This document shows, piece after piece, positions 38,514 to 51,030 of a stretch of DNA of 64,000 bases. A program made the position numbers and the translations under genes. Within the stretch, counting starts at the first letter, position 1; every line of letters begins with the position of its first letter. The DNA is from the human T2T-CHM13v2.0 reference genome, Homo sapiens, in the NCBI RefSeq assembly GCF_009914755.1, contig NC_060931.1; one strand, written 5' to 3'. The notes beneath the pieces were generated by a model. That model searched no databases. It had not been told where the DNA came from and saw nothing but the letters and a program-made list of their open reading frames with translations.

Positions 38514-38894
38514 AACACATTTATAAGTGTGGTACTGAGTCAAGGGGAGATAAAGACCTTTGGAGCTCTGGAGCTCCCGAAAAAATTGCTTCAGCCCATA
38601 CCCAATTCTTTAATAAAATGGTTGTGAAGAAGTTCAACAGGTTCTGATTTCTTCATGAGAGTTATTTCAATGCTTAAAAAAAAAAGAATCTAATTCCTTC
38701 TACGACCTTTTCTTCCCTCTCATGACTTTGGAGCTTCTGTTTTGCTTGTGCCCTAATCCCCTGTGTGGAGACCCAGGGCTGGATCAAACTTTTTATTTCT
38801 TTATAAAGAATTCCATTGAGCAGGTAAAGGAGACTCGAGAAGGGATTGCCTGGTGATTTTCTTTACTCGCGAGTCAGGCTCTGTCTGGAGGTGC

Positions 38895-39020
38895 CGCACT
38901 ACCTTTCTGATTGTGACTCAGAACTCCTTACTGGGTCTGTGAAACCTGTTTCAGAAATTCTAACATGAGCCCCCAGCAATCCAGAACCCATAGGTCTGGA
39001 AACGTTCAGAAGACCTGAGT
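38895..39020. mobile_element. MER5-like hAT DNA transposon fragment
   Basis: TGACTCAGAACTCC...AATTCTAACATGAGCCCCCAG resembles MER5. Confidence 0.4.
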
Positions 39021-39444
39021 CAACTGTGAGCAAATAAATAAGATGGAGGTGTTGAAATGACAATCTCCCCAAAACTCCACAAATCACTGATGCAGAAGTG
39101 GGTAGACACAGTGGTTGATATGCATGTGGGGAGTCGTGCATGTAAGGCAACAGGTGTCTCTGAGCCCTGTCACTGCAGGTGACTCCGTGAGACACTCGTG
39201 CTACCAAAGGCATGAGGGCACTGAGCCCCCTGAGGCCCCCAGGTCTGCACCACCAGCCACGGGACCAACTCCAGCAGCGAGCCGATGTCAAACGGCAGGT
39301 GGAACCTGGGCTCTGTTTGAATGGCGCCTCTCCCAGGGCAATAGAGTCGAACTGACGTAAATTAAACACATGCATGATTTCACTTCATTGTAATCCTCGT
39401 ATTTTGTGAATGCTCTGTTTTCCCAAATGTTATTTTAGATGCTA

Positions 39445-39610
39445 TCTTGTGGTTTTTCACGAACCCCATGGGGTGGGTCATAGCTATATCACCCTCGCAC
39501 AGATGAGGAAATCGAGGATCTACAAGGATAAGCAACTTTCCCAAGGGCAGAGAGCAAGCTCATGACAGCTTAGAACAAGATTCCGAAGCTCAGAGCTTTC
39601 AGGTCTCAAC
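39445..39610 (-). mobile_element. MIR SINE
   Basis: CAGATGAGGAAATCGAGG...AAGCAACTTTCCCAAGG. Confidence 0.7.
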
Positions 39611-41116
39611 TCCTCCCATATTCCTTGTCAAAATGAAATTCAACCAGGAAAGCTGAAACGCACCTCAACACAATGCGCCTGTGCCTCCGTGGCCTCCACA
39701 CTGGTGCACAGCTCCTGTCACCCACAGTGCAGCAAAGGGAAGACTGCTGAAATGCTTACGGGCTCAGAGGCTTACGGCAAATCCATCTTTTTAATGGCTC
39801 ACAATTATCAAATAAACATGAAGGGAGAAAGCCTTCAGCTTTTGATCTGATGTAGTTTTGGTCACATTAAAGTGCTGTGCAATTGAGTGAACGGCATTTA
39901 GTCTTGGCAGGCCCCTTAAAGATTCAGCCAAATAATTTAAAAGTCCATTTGGGGAAACTGAGCAGTCTGAGAGCATTGCGTTGACGTTGCTGATCTCGAT
40001 CAGGGATGGTTAAATTACTAAAAGTAACTACAGCTTATAATATTGTGCAATCCCTTCATAAAAATGTAAAAGTAGCTCTTCCAGGGTTACGGAAACTAGC
40101 AGAACTTTCTCAGTGTGAGGTGCAGCTGTGACTTTGGTGGGGTTTTCTACGTGCATGGGCATGCATGGGGGCGAAATGTGAACATATGTGAAGTGTTTTG
40201 GATGCCAGGGGAGAATGACAATAGCAATAACACGATTCCAAGGTTTACAGTGGGAACCCAGAGAGGCTAATCCTAGCAGGTTGTCTGTCTGGAATGGAGA
40301 ACGTAGCACGTACGTAGCAGGGATTTGCACATGTGCCATGCCATTAGGGGCAAGAAGAGGACTCCTCCAAATTTGGGAGATGGGATTTGTTTTGACTGCC
40401 TCACTCTTAAACACCACACCTGGCCCAGGGTGAGGGCTCTGTCCTGCTGGCTGAAGGAGTGGAGTGGGGTCAGGTTGCCTTGGATGGCACCTGTGAGGTG
40501 TCTCACGTAAGCCATTCTCATGGCCAGAGCCCCAGGGACTTACCTTGGGAAAAGCACATTCCTCTCTCTCGCTTGTGTTTTGCATACTGATAAAGTGAGA
40601 CCTGTCCCAGCCGCCCTGCCCACCTCAGCAGACTGTACCGAGGGCTAACTCGGAGCTGCGAAAGGGCCTTTAAATGCATGGCACCCAGGAAATAAGATGT
40701 CATTGCTGGCTGGAACGAGTCCACGATGAGAACATGGCTCTCTTGCCTAATCATTAACTAACCTGGAGGCTTCTGACTCCACTCCTGCATCAAAGCCTTT
40801 GTAACACATCCCAGCTTTTGATTCCAGGTCAAGACTGCGAAGCCTTCCCAAGTTTATGGGTAAATTTCGAGGCGCTTAAGTGCAACGTATTATTAGCTTC
40901 AATGGCTTAATGCTCTCAATTCCATTTTTAATGGATACGTGTTTCCACATCACAAAACCACATAGCAATGGACTGTGGAGGCTGAAAGGCTGGAGCCACG
41001 CAAGACAGGGACAGTGGGACAAGGGGCTACAGAGTTCACAGGACATGAAAAGTGGGCCGCCGGCTCACCCACTGCCCCTGACAGGCATGGGAAGAGGGGA
41101 CAGAGGGAAGTGGCTA

Positions 41117-41473
<357 letters not shown>

Positions 41474-42929
41474 GACAAGACTGCAGGAGCCACGCAGAGC
41501 CCTGGGGCTCCCTGAATCCCATTGCAGAAAGGATGCAGGCCTCTGAAGTAGAGATAAGCATGTTTCCCACAAGGTCCATCTTTTGTATGAGCACATGAGT
41601 TATGAGTTATGATCTTATGTTTTACAGAGAAAATTCAGCTGTTACTTTAGGCAGCTCACTCTGAAGTGTCAGTCAGGTATTGATTGAATAGACAGGACCA
41701 GGATTCAAAAGAAGGTGCAACCCCTGCCCTCAGGATGGAGATGTTTCAGCTAAGAGTCTAGGAATAATTCAGGGTGTGCCACTGATGATGGGTAGAATAG
41801 GAGTTATTAGTGCTCTAAATCTGTGTGGGGTAAAATGAAAAATAAGCAAACATACACCGGGGAGAATGACACCAGCCGGACCTTCCGAGATGACAAAGCA
41901 TCAGACAGGAGGAGGGGAGCATTCCCAACGAGGAGCCCGAGGAAGGTCTGCAGCGGACAGAAGGGACGGGGCTGGGTGTGCCGCCAGTCCAGGGCCAAGC
42001 TCTCAGGGCAGCATTGGGCGGGGAGGGCAGAGGAAGAAAGGGCCGGAGAGAAGCCCGAACAGGAAGTGAGCTGGACCTCAGGAGGAAGTTGTCAACACCA
42101 CTGAGAAGAGATGAGGTCTCCGACAAGACACTGGCCCTCCCCAGCCACAGCCTCCTCAGCAAAAGCGAGGGAATCACCTGGGCGTTACCTTCGACTGTCA
42201 GTTCCGCGGGGCAAACCGTGGCCCTGGGCTTTAAGGAGGCAGATGGAGCTCTCTTTCCAAAGCCCTCAGTCTGGCAGAGCCACTGAGCATCCACTCAGGA
42301 ATTTCTGCGATGACAATGGAAATAAAGGTGACACTGCACAGAAAATGTCTGTGTGCTCTGAGGTTTCCATCTGAGGACCCATGATTTTCAAGAGCTCTTG
42401 ATCACTAGGAGTCGTTGGATTGACGAAAGTCATCAGGATTGAAATTATAATACTAAGAAATATAGAAGAATCAGAAAACTGTTAATAGAATGACCTGGCC
42501 AGCTCACCATCCCAAATCATCCTGCCCCCAACTCAGGTGGCTTCACTCTCTCTCCCGCACCCACCTCCAGCCCGGTCGTCCGGAGCATGGCAGTTCTGCT
42601 CTTCTCAGTTCTTTGAGATCCACATCCTGGCTCTTTTTAACTATGTCCTTTTTGGCATGGGGCTGATTGCCACAGCCCAAAAACGCTGAGACTCTGCCAG
42701 CACCCTGCCTTGAAATTGCCTTGAATTACTGCCTTGAAAGTTGTCCTATCTTCCCTTCAGGAACTGAAGTAGTCCTCCCTGCCTGTCATGAGTTTCCACC
42801 ACAGCTGCTGTTGGGTCTCTCCTCCAGCACTTGCCCCTGCTGGGCAAAGTGTCTATTCCATGAGACCCAGAGACTCACCACCTCCACCCTTGAAGCAAAC
42901 CCTAAGGGCATCCAGAGAAAGGAATTGTG

Positions 42930-43129
42930 CAACTCTTCCTTGACAAGGCCAATCAACCAATGAACAGGGCAACTCTTCCTTGACAAGGCCAATCAACCAA
43001 TGAACAGGGCAACTCTTCCTTGACAAGGCCCATCAACCAATGAACAGGGCAACTTTTCGTTGACAAGGCCAACCAACCAATAAACAGGGCAACTCTTCCT
43101 TGACAGGGGCCAATCAACCAATGAACAGG
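42930..43129. repeat. Minisatellite, 40-bp unit, 5 copies
   Basis: Unit CAACTCTTCCTTGACAAGGCCAATCAACCAATGAACAGGG at 42930, 42970, 43010, 43050, 43090. Confidence 0.97.
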
Positions 43130-43619
43130 TGTTGATGGGCAGCATCTTAGGTAGGTGAGACATGTTTCTGAGCACCTATCATATGGTGAGAGAATAAGGC
43201 AACTTCAAATCACCAGGCACAGGGATGCCACAGGAATCCAGAGGGAGAGGAGAAAACATTTCAGAATGATGATTGCACAAAAGGGCATTTGAGCTGAAAC
43301 TTCAAGAAGGGAATAGGTTCTGGAGAGGTGGAAAGGATGAGAAGTTAGCCCATCTGAAGCCATGGAGTCTGGAGGACACGGGATGTGTTCAGAGACCCCC
43401 AGATATTCGCCCAACACACTTGTGGCAGGCATGAGTCCAGGCGCCGGGATCCATCAGTGGACAAAACAAATAACCCACCCTCGCGTGCACTATATTCTAG
43501 TAGCCACGTGTCAGGAGTAGGAGTCCATGTGGGAGAAGCGGAACTGAGGTTAGAGTGGGCTATGGACAGCTGCAGCACCGCCTGACAAAGCCCCGCCGCC
43601 CTGTTCTGCCCCTGGAGAG

Positions 43620-43770
43620 ACCTGGAGTTATGGCCAGAAACCGGCAGCACCTGGCCTGCCTGCCACCCACTGCCACAAACCCTGACCTTGGGCGTTTAAC
43701 CCTTCAGCACCTCAGTTTCCTCATCTTTAAAATGAGGGGCTGGAGCCAGGCCTAGCTCAAGAATTCTGGG
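43620..43770 (+). mobile_element. MIR SINE
   Basis: TGACCTTGGGCGTTTAACC...CCTCAGTTTCCTCATCTTTAAAATGAGGG. Confidence 0.8.
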
Positions 43771-46700
43771 ATGCTGGTTATATCCTGGTGTTCAAATCAT
43801 AAAATGTGTGGGATTTATAGGGGAAAATCTAAGTCGCTGTTCATTTTTATTTCCTTTGCAAGTTGCGGTTGTGTTTATTTTTCTTATTTTGTGATTAAAG
43901 TTCTCCCAGTGTGTGTTCCTCAGCCCTCATTTCTACTGAGCTCGGGATGCCCACCTTACACAGGCAGAATTGGTAGCTAGCTGTGTGCCTATCGTTTGAA
44001 GAGAACTAAAAGCCACCAAAATTATTTTCGGTTCTGAAGTCCCTGTGAAAATAAGGCCTGGGTGGATAAAGGGACACCTTCTGGAAATGCACCCACTACT
44101 TTGGAAGCTACATTACATTACAAAAGGGTTTGTCGCTATTGACAAGTCACACTGATTTATTTATCAGACGACTGGAGGTTGGTCAGGAAAAGAAAATGAG
44201 GAGTTGAGGGGAAAAGGCACAAGTGTTTTGAATGATCAGGGAGCTAAGTTTCCTCCTTCGGTGAATTAATGGACAGAAAAGCCCAGAATCCCAGGATAGA
44301 CACAGGATGATCCCATTTTCTCAGCTCCATCTCCTTTTGCTCCGTCCTGGGCTTCAGTCTTAAACCAAAAGAGCCCTCCAAGGTCAGAGAAGTGCATGAG
44401 GACTGCCAATAAATGTCTCCAACCCATGCGGGGCCCGAGGTGTCTGTCTTGGGGTGCTGAGGCAGGTGAGGATTTGAGCAGCAGAGGCAGGCTGAGTCCA
44501 GGCAGGTGGTGGTTGGGGTTCGTGGGGCCCTCTGAGGTCCCGGGGCACAGTGGGTTATAAAGAGAATGCAGGCACCAAAGCATTGAAGTTCAAAGCCGGT
44601 GACACAGAGAGAAAACTGAGATACTAAGTTCAAAGTCAGCCAGCAGCAAGAGCAAATTAACGCTGCGTCCATGAGCTGCTAATTTGGGTTCCTTAGAAAG
44701 CTCTGCCCGCATCTCTGTCTGGGTGCAGCTCAGCTGTGGGTGGAGTTCCAGCTTTGAAGTTCATGGAGATGCCTGTGAGGGAGCCCAGATCAGGGTGCAG
44801 GTGGAGCCCACAGAAAGGAGAGGGCATCAAAGACACACTTCGCTGGCTGCACCATTTGCTCAGGGTTGGGCCCAGCTCCGGTTACAGCTCCATAATCCAT
44901 TGTGTTCACCACTGTTTGCTTAGGTTTAACTCGGAGTTAGAATTCTGGTTTTGTTTCTCACTTAGGGAAAAAAAATAGCTTTGTAAAGGGAGGTTACTAA
45001 ATAAAACTTTGAGAACTCTATTCACCCTCACAGGATGACTTTTGGCTTGCAATTCAATCCCTGGCAGGTTACTGTTCATGTATAGAATTTCCAGGCGACT
45101 AGAAGGCATTTGAAAGGAATTCTTACCGAACATTAACCTGCCTTGGTAACCACAGAAGGCATTTCTACCTGCCAAGCTCAGGCTGGGAGCTTTGGTGCAG
45201 TCCGACCTCGGCAGCATTCTCTTACTCTTTCAGGAAGCAGGTGTGAGCGCCTGCTGTGGACTAAGCAGAAAGTCAGGTGCCCAGGGACATACTCGGGTAT
45301 ATAAAACACAGTCTCTGCCTGCAAGGAACTCATAGTGTAACACAACTTCATGAAGAATTCTGCTCATCAATTTAAAGGAAAAAGACTTCTAGCTGATTAA
45401 ATGGTATCAGATCAAATAGGAAAGGCAAAAGCCCTGAGCTAGGTCTTTGAGAATAAAAACAATGGAAAGGGGTAAGACACCAGCTACTACGATGGGACCC
45501 ACAACACAGTCAGGGTGCCCTGAGAGTGTCTCCCCACAGAGAGATGGTCAGATGCTGCAGATGGAGCCATGCAAGACAGGGACACTGGGACAAGGAGCCA
45601 TGGAGTTCACAGGACACAAAAAGTGGGCTGCCAGCTCACCCACTGCCCCTGACAGGCACAGGAAGAGACAGTCAGATGCTGCAGCCTAGGGTGTGCGGGG
45701 GAGTGTTAAAGATGTTTGGCATCATCTCGAACCCAGAGGACTCACAACACATGTGCACATGTGCAAGGCCCCTGTGAGACCCGGTTTTGTGTACATGTTA
45801 CTTAATTCAGATGAATTGCAGCATCCAGGGTGATTTACAGATGAACTCCATCTGAGTACACCATGCTTACTCTGCGGGGAGAGCAGGCTTGAAGGCCAAG
45901 GTGGTGTTGATGGAACTCACGAAGGCTAATGCAAGGTGCTGTTGGGGAGTGAACAGCCAAGACGCCCTGGGGCTGTCCTCGTGGGTTCCACAAGAGGCAA
46001 ACCCTGCACAGGAGGCTGGCACACAAGGCGTATGCCAGGACAGCCTCCAGAATCTCAGCCTGCAGGGAGGAGGAGAGCAGGACTACAGTTTCAGGGAGCC
46101 CTCCACCTACCCCACGGCCGTCGGCATTCTCCCTCACAGGGCGAGAGACCAGGCCTTTGCACACCTGCTTCTCTCTGTCACTGAATGTGGGTTTCTCTGA
46201 GGAGATGTGCACTTGGGCAGGTCTGTCCACTCACCTGAAGCGGTTCCCAGGGAATGCCGACGGTGAGTGCTGTCTGCTGGCAGCATTCCCGGGAGCTGGA
46301 GGAATTCATCCTTTTTCCTGAAGGGAGATCCGGGTGCTGCATTGCAGTGGCTCTGCGTGGCCTGAGATGGAGGCGCACACCCGGTGCTGTGTTGAGAGGC
46401 GCTTCTCCTTGCCCTCATACTATGCGGTCTCACCGAAACATCTGGAGCACGCACTGGGCTTCTGAGACACAGTTCCTCAGTGCTTGGGCCAACCAAAGAC
46501 ACACATTCCTCCAACACACCAACGTCCCATGTCCCCAAACATTTGATCCTGGTGAAGATTCAAGAGTAAGATGGAGCCAGTTCTGCTGTCTTCCAAAGTG
46601 CACAGACCCATCTTAGCTCTAGTTCATCGCCAGATCTCCATGGGAGCACGGGGCCAGGTTAAAGCCTCCCACAAGGAGCTCTTTGTTTCCACATCCAGAC

Positions 46701-47899
46701 ACTTGTACCGACATTAGATTGAACTACTGGCAGGAAGATGACCACCGTCACCAAAAACAATGGGCCATCTTTCAGGGTAATCTTGCTTCTGTTATTGTTT
46801 ACCCTGTAATGCCCTATAAGAAGCCATCTATTTATGTGGAAGAAACTGTGAGACACCCTCATGTGCAAGGTGTATGAAGGGTAGGCTCTGTCTCTCCTTC
46901 AACAATACTGGTGGAGCCTGTTCTGATCTGCCCACCACGGGGCCAGAAAACCAGCAGGAGACCAAACGAATCACAGACGTGACCTCTATCCTCAGAAGCT
47001 CTGCCTGTCAGAGTAGAAGAGCAAGACCTTCCCACAAAACAACATGATTACATGATCAGATGGCTTGAAACCAGCAACAACAAAAGAGCTTTGAGATTTC
47101 AGAGAAGTGGGAAAGAATACAGGCTGTGATGGTGAGAAAGGATCTTACAAAGGGGGCAGGTCTTGGAGTACCCTGGAAACCTGGGAAGAACCTCAGTGGT
47201 GGTGGGAGCAGGGGGAAGAGGTGGGAAGAATTGGTTATCATGACATCATCTCATGCAGGGAGACAGCTGAAGTGAGGCCCAAAAACGAGACGCTGGGGGG
47301 ACGCATGGGGGGCTGGAGGCTTCTCCAGCTCCAGGGAGAGCTCCAGCCAGGAAATCACATGGGCAGATTCCACGTGGGACCTGTTCCTCTCGTTCCCACA
47401 TGGCTGACACCCAGAGAGCCATCAGACCATGAACATAGGCCTGACGAGAAGACACGAACATTCGTCAGGTTTGCATAAGAGTTTCCATAATTAAGACTCG
47501 GTGGCTCCTAGCTGCAGCTTGGGATATGAAATGGAAATCACTGTGACCTGAGAATAAAAGGTTTCTGTGAGACCTACAAAAGGAATTTCTTGGCCCTCAG
47601 GATTCAGGTGTCACCTGGGGGAAGAGGGGAGATTAGGGGAAAAGGAGGGAGCTGGCTTAAAGGACAGAGGAAAGACCGAGAGGTACAGAGGACAGGGGAG
47701 GATGAGAAGACAAATGCCACAGCCCTTCCAAGGAGGAGCCTTTTCTAACGCTGCTGCTGAGTGGCTGTTCTCACGTTCCCTCGCTGCATCCCATCAGGTG
47801 CTTTCTGTGTTTCATTCTGTTAGCTGGGTCATTATGTGACCAGAGATACACAGGTCACAGCAGACCCCTTTCCTCGTCTCATAGCCAGATGCAGGCGGT

Positions 47900-48290
47900 T
47901 CACAGTAGACTGCATTTGTATCTGCAGCAGAAACTTCCCTCGGAGCCCAGTCTCACCCGTCCACCTGCCACTCAGCCCTAACCCATCCCCACCACATCCA
48001 CAGCCAAAGAGCATCTCAGACATAACGCATCCAACTCTAGCCCTCTGGCCCTCCTGTCCCCAGCTGCTCCTTCCACATCCCTCAGAGCAGAGGATATGCC
48101 TTCCTGTCTGTTGCTCAGGCCAAAGACACTGGACCCCTCCCCGGTGTTTCCTTTTCTCTCAACCCAACGTTTAACCAAGCAGCAACGCCTGTGCCCCACC
48201 TCCCACCATCCCAGGACACAACCGCCACTCAGCACCTCTGCTCCCACCTGGACAGCTCCTCCTGCCCTGGCCCTTGACCCTACAGTCTTG
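47900..48290 (+). mobile_element. Degraded L2
   Basis: TTTGTATCTGCAGCAGAAACTTCCCT...GCATCTCAGACATAAC...GTTGCTCAGGCCAAAGAC. Confidence 0.55.
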
Positions 48291-48307
48291 TCCCAAAGAG
48301 AAGCCAG

Positions 48308-48978
48308 TTTATCAAAAAAGCAGAAAATAAGCATCGGTGAGGATGTGGAGATACCCAGGCCCTTATGCACGGCCGGCAGGAATGTAAAACGGTGCAACAC
48401 TGTGGAAAAGGGTGTGACAATCCTTCAAAATATCCCACGGAGTCACCACAGGACCCAGCACTTCCACTTCTGGGTGTGCGTCCAAGGAAGGGAAAGCCGG
48501 GACTCAAACACATGTCTGTGACAACGTTATTGTCAACAGACAAAAGGTGGACGCCACCTAAGTGTCCATCAACAAATGAAGGGATAAACCAGACATGGTC
48601 CATCTAGACAGGGGAATATTCCTCAGCCTTAGAGAGGTAGGAAATCCTGGCACACACCACAGTGGGTATGAACCCTGAGGACACAACACTCAGTGAAGGA
48701 AGTCAGTCACCAAATGACACACACTGTCTGATCCGCTCGTATGCGGTCCCTGGAGTCCTCAAATTCAGAGACACAGAAAGTGGAAAGGTAGGTGCCAGGG
48801 GCTGGCAGGAGGATTGGGAGTGAGTAATTTGATGGGGACAGAGTTTCAGTTTGGGAAGATGAGCAAGTTGTGGAGATGATGGTGGTGATGGTTGCACAGC
48901 AGTGTGAATGTACTTAATGCTGTTGCACAGTTACAATGGTAAATTTTATGTCATGCATATTTTACCACAATAAAAAAA
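48308..48978 (+). mobile_element. L1MB-type 3' end
   Basis: GGTGAGGATGTGGAGA, AAGTGTCCATCAACAAATGAA, AGAGTTTCAGTTTGGGAAGATG, ends TTTTACCACAATAAAAAAA. Confidence 0.92.
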
Positions 48979-49309
48979 GAGAGAAGCCAGAGCGTGATTT
49001 TCAAGCTCAGATCAGCCCCGTCTCTGCTGGGCATGACCCTCAGGGCTCCTGCTCACCACGCTTCTGTGCTCACGACACTGCCCACTGGCCTGGGCCAAGG
49101 GCACGTTCTGCTCTCTCTGTCCCCGACATGTGGGCCTCTCCCCACAGCACCTGCAGCCACCCGGCAGACACATCTCCCAAGAGCCAGGGGATGCCCATGC
49201 TCCTGCACCCTCTGCCCAGAGAGGCCCAGGCCACCCTTGGCCCCCACCCCACCCAGTACGCCCTGCCTCAGTCTCTCTCCACAGCACTCATGGCCAGCTG
49301 ACTTAATGG

Positions 49310-49522
49310 GCATGGAACTTATTCGCTTATTTACTGTCTGTCTCCTCAAATGAGAATGTGATTTCTATTAAAGCTCAGATTTGATCTCTGTATGTTTAAC
49401 ATTTCCCAAACACCCGAACAGTGCCTGGCACAGAGCAGGTGCTCTGTGCCCACCTCTTGTACCTGCTGAGTGAGTGAGTGAGTGAGTGAGTGAGTGAGTG
49501 AGTGAGTGAGTGAGTGAATGAA
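49310..49522 (+). mobile_element. L2 3' end whose tail has expanded to (TGAG)12
   Basis: GAACAGTGCCTGGCACAGAGCAGGTGCTC followed by (TGAG)12 TGAATGAA at 49467-49522. Confidence 0.8.
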
Positions 49523-50129
49523 ACCTACATCCGGCTTGATTATAAAAGGAGAGGAGTATTTTCTCTGAAATATTAGCTTTTTCTAAAACTCGAAATCTGT
49601 GTATGCTGATTGTTTCCCTTTATGTGAAGGTAATGTTGTTAAAAGAAATCCATATGATGTGTTTATCAAGCAGAGGAAAATATAATTAGCTAAGCATAAA
49701 ATGGCTTTTATAACAACACGGCACCTATTTACCCTGTTTACGATAAATTACAAGGTCACAATTTCTAGGTTACAAGCACATTAGTGAACACATATGTGTT
49801 TATATGTGTGTGTATTAAAGAGTCTTTAACAAATTTAGCTTTAAAACATAGTTGTAAAAGTTAGTGGGAAAAACACCTTCACTCTACATTTTACTTGCAG
49901 GTCATTTTTGTAATAAAATGTCCAACGGTGGTTGTTGCTACACTGGATTTCCCAAGGCTTCAAAAAGCTGAACTGAAGGACTACATACTTGAAGCTCTGC
50001 ACATGTCTGAAAACCCCTCTTGAAAATGCCGATAATATTCAAACAAATAGCTGGATGTTTGGGAAGAGAATGGCATTCTTTACTCCGAGCATTTTCTCCT
50101 AAACCTCAGCTGTCAACACTGGCTAAGAC

Positions 50130-51030
50130 CCCACCTATCAGATACCGCGGCTGTACCTGACTTCCCCTCACCCACCAGCCACTTAAAATACTTTGCTTCC
50201 TTTTAATCAGAATAAGCTCTGCTGATCTCCCTTCAAACCGAGATTGTTGTTTTTACAGCGTTAACAGTCTGAACCGGAGCATAACGATCGGCTGTCTCAG
50301 GCGTTTCATGGCCCGGGACAGGCGGCTCTCTTCTTACAGATTACAGGGAACTCACACAATTAAACAGCATAAACATAGATGAGGCTATCCCGTAAACAAC
50401 AGGGGACATACCTGCAGCTTCAGGGAGCACAGCGTGCTGCAAAAAATGACAGAGGAGCGGAACCTTTTTGCTCAGAAGTGAATTGTATCTGGATGTTAAT
50501 CAGAGAAGTGAGAGGGTGCGGGGAAGCCAGAATTTTGCTTTCTCATGCATTGTTCTAAATTGATGAAAAATACACTATCAGCTCACTACCTCTGAGGAGC
50601 AGAGGTAAATATCTGAGTAACCAAAATAAATCTGAAAACAGAGAAAATGAGGACGGTTACCCTGACATTACGGTTCGCGATCAATCGGGATTCATTAAGC
50701 TGCTAGTAGTAAATGGTTTCTGTGCAGTAAACTAGAAGAAACCCAAGAAGCGTTTGTTCCAATCCTCTCCTAAAAACATTTCCCTCAAATTATTTTTAAA
50801 AGGACCAGAGCTCCTATTACCTGCATGATCTGATTATGTAGGAACATAAGGACAGTCACTCTCAGTGACATCGTGGCCCGACAGAGCAGAAGGAGAAGAG
50901 GGAGGAGCCTCCGTTCCTCCTGCAGTGACCCCGGGACTAACGGGCCAGTCACCATTCACTGTCCAGCTGCACCCACAACTCGGTGGACGGAGCTTCCACA
51001 TCACTTCCTCACTTCCTGGGAGGAAACTTT
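50130..51030. promoter_or_regulatory. Candidate enhancer/promoter: CpG-retaining unique DNA with tandem ETS sites
   Basis: Roughly 27 CpGs in ~900 bp by hand count; CACTTCCTCACTTCCTG at ~51002-51018; forkhead-type GTAAACAA at ~50392. Confidence 0.45.

Noticed and set aside
44920-44950. Peptide FNSELEF resembling a stretch of LDLRAD4
   Set aside because: Only 7 residues, flanks do not match and a stop follows soon; treated as coincidence.
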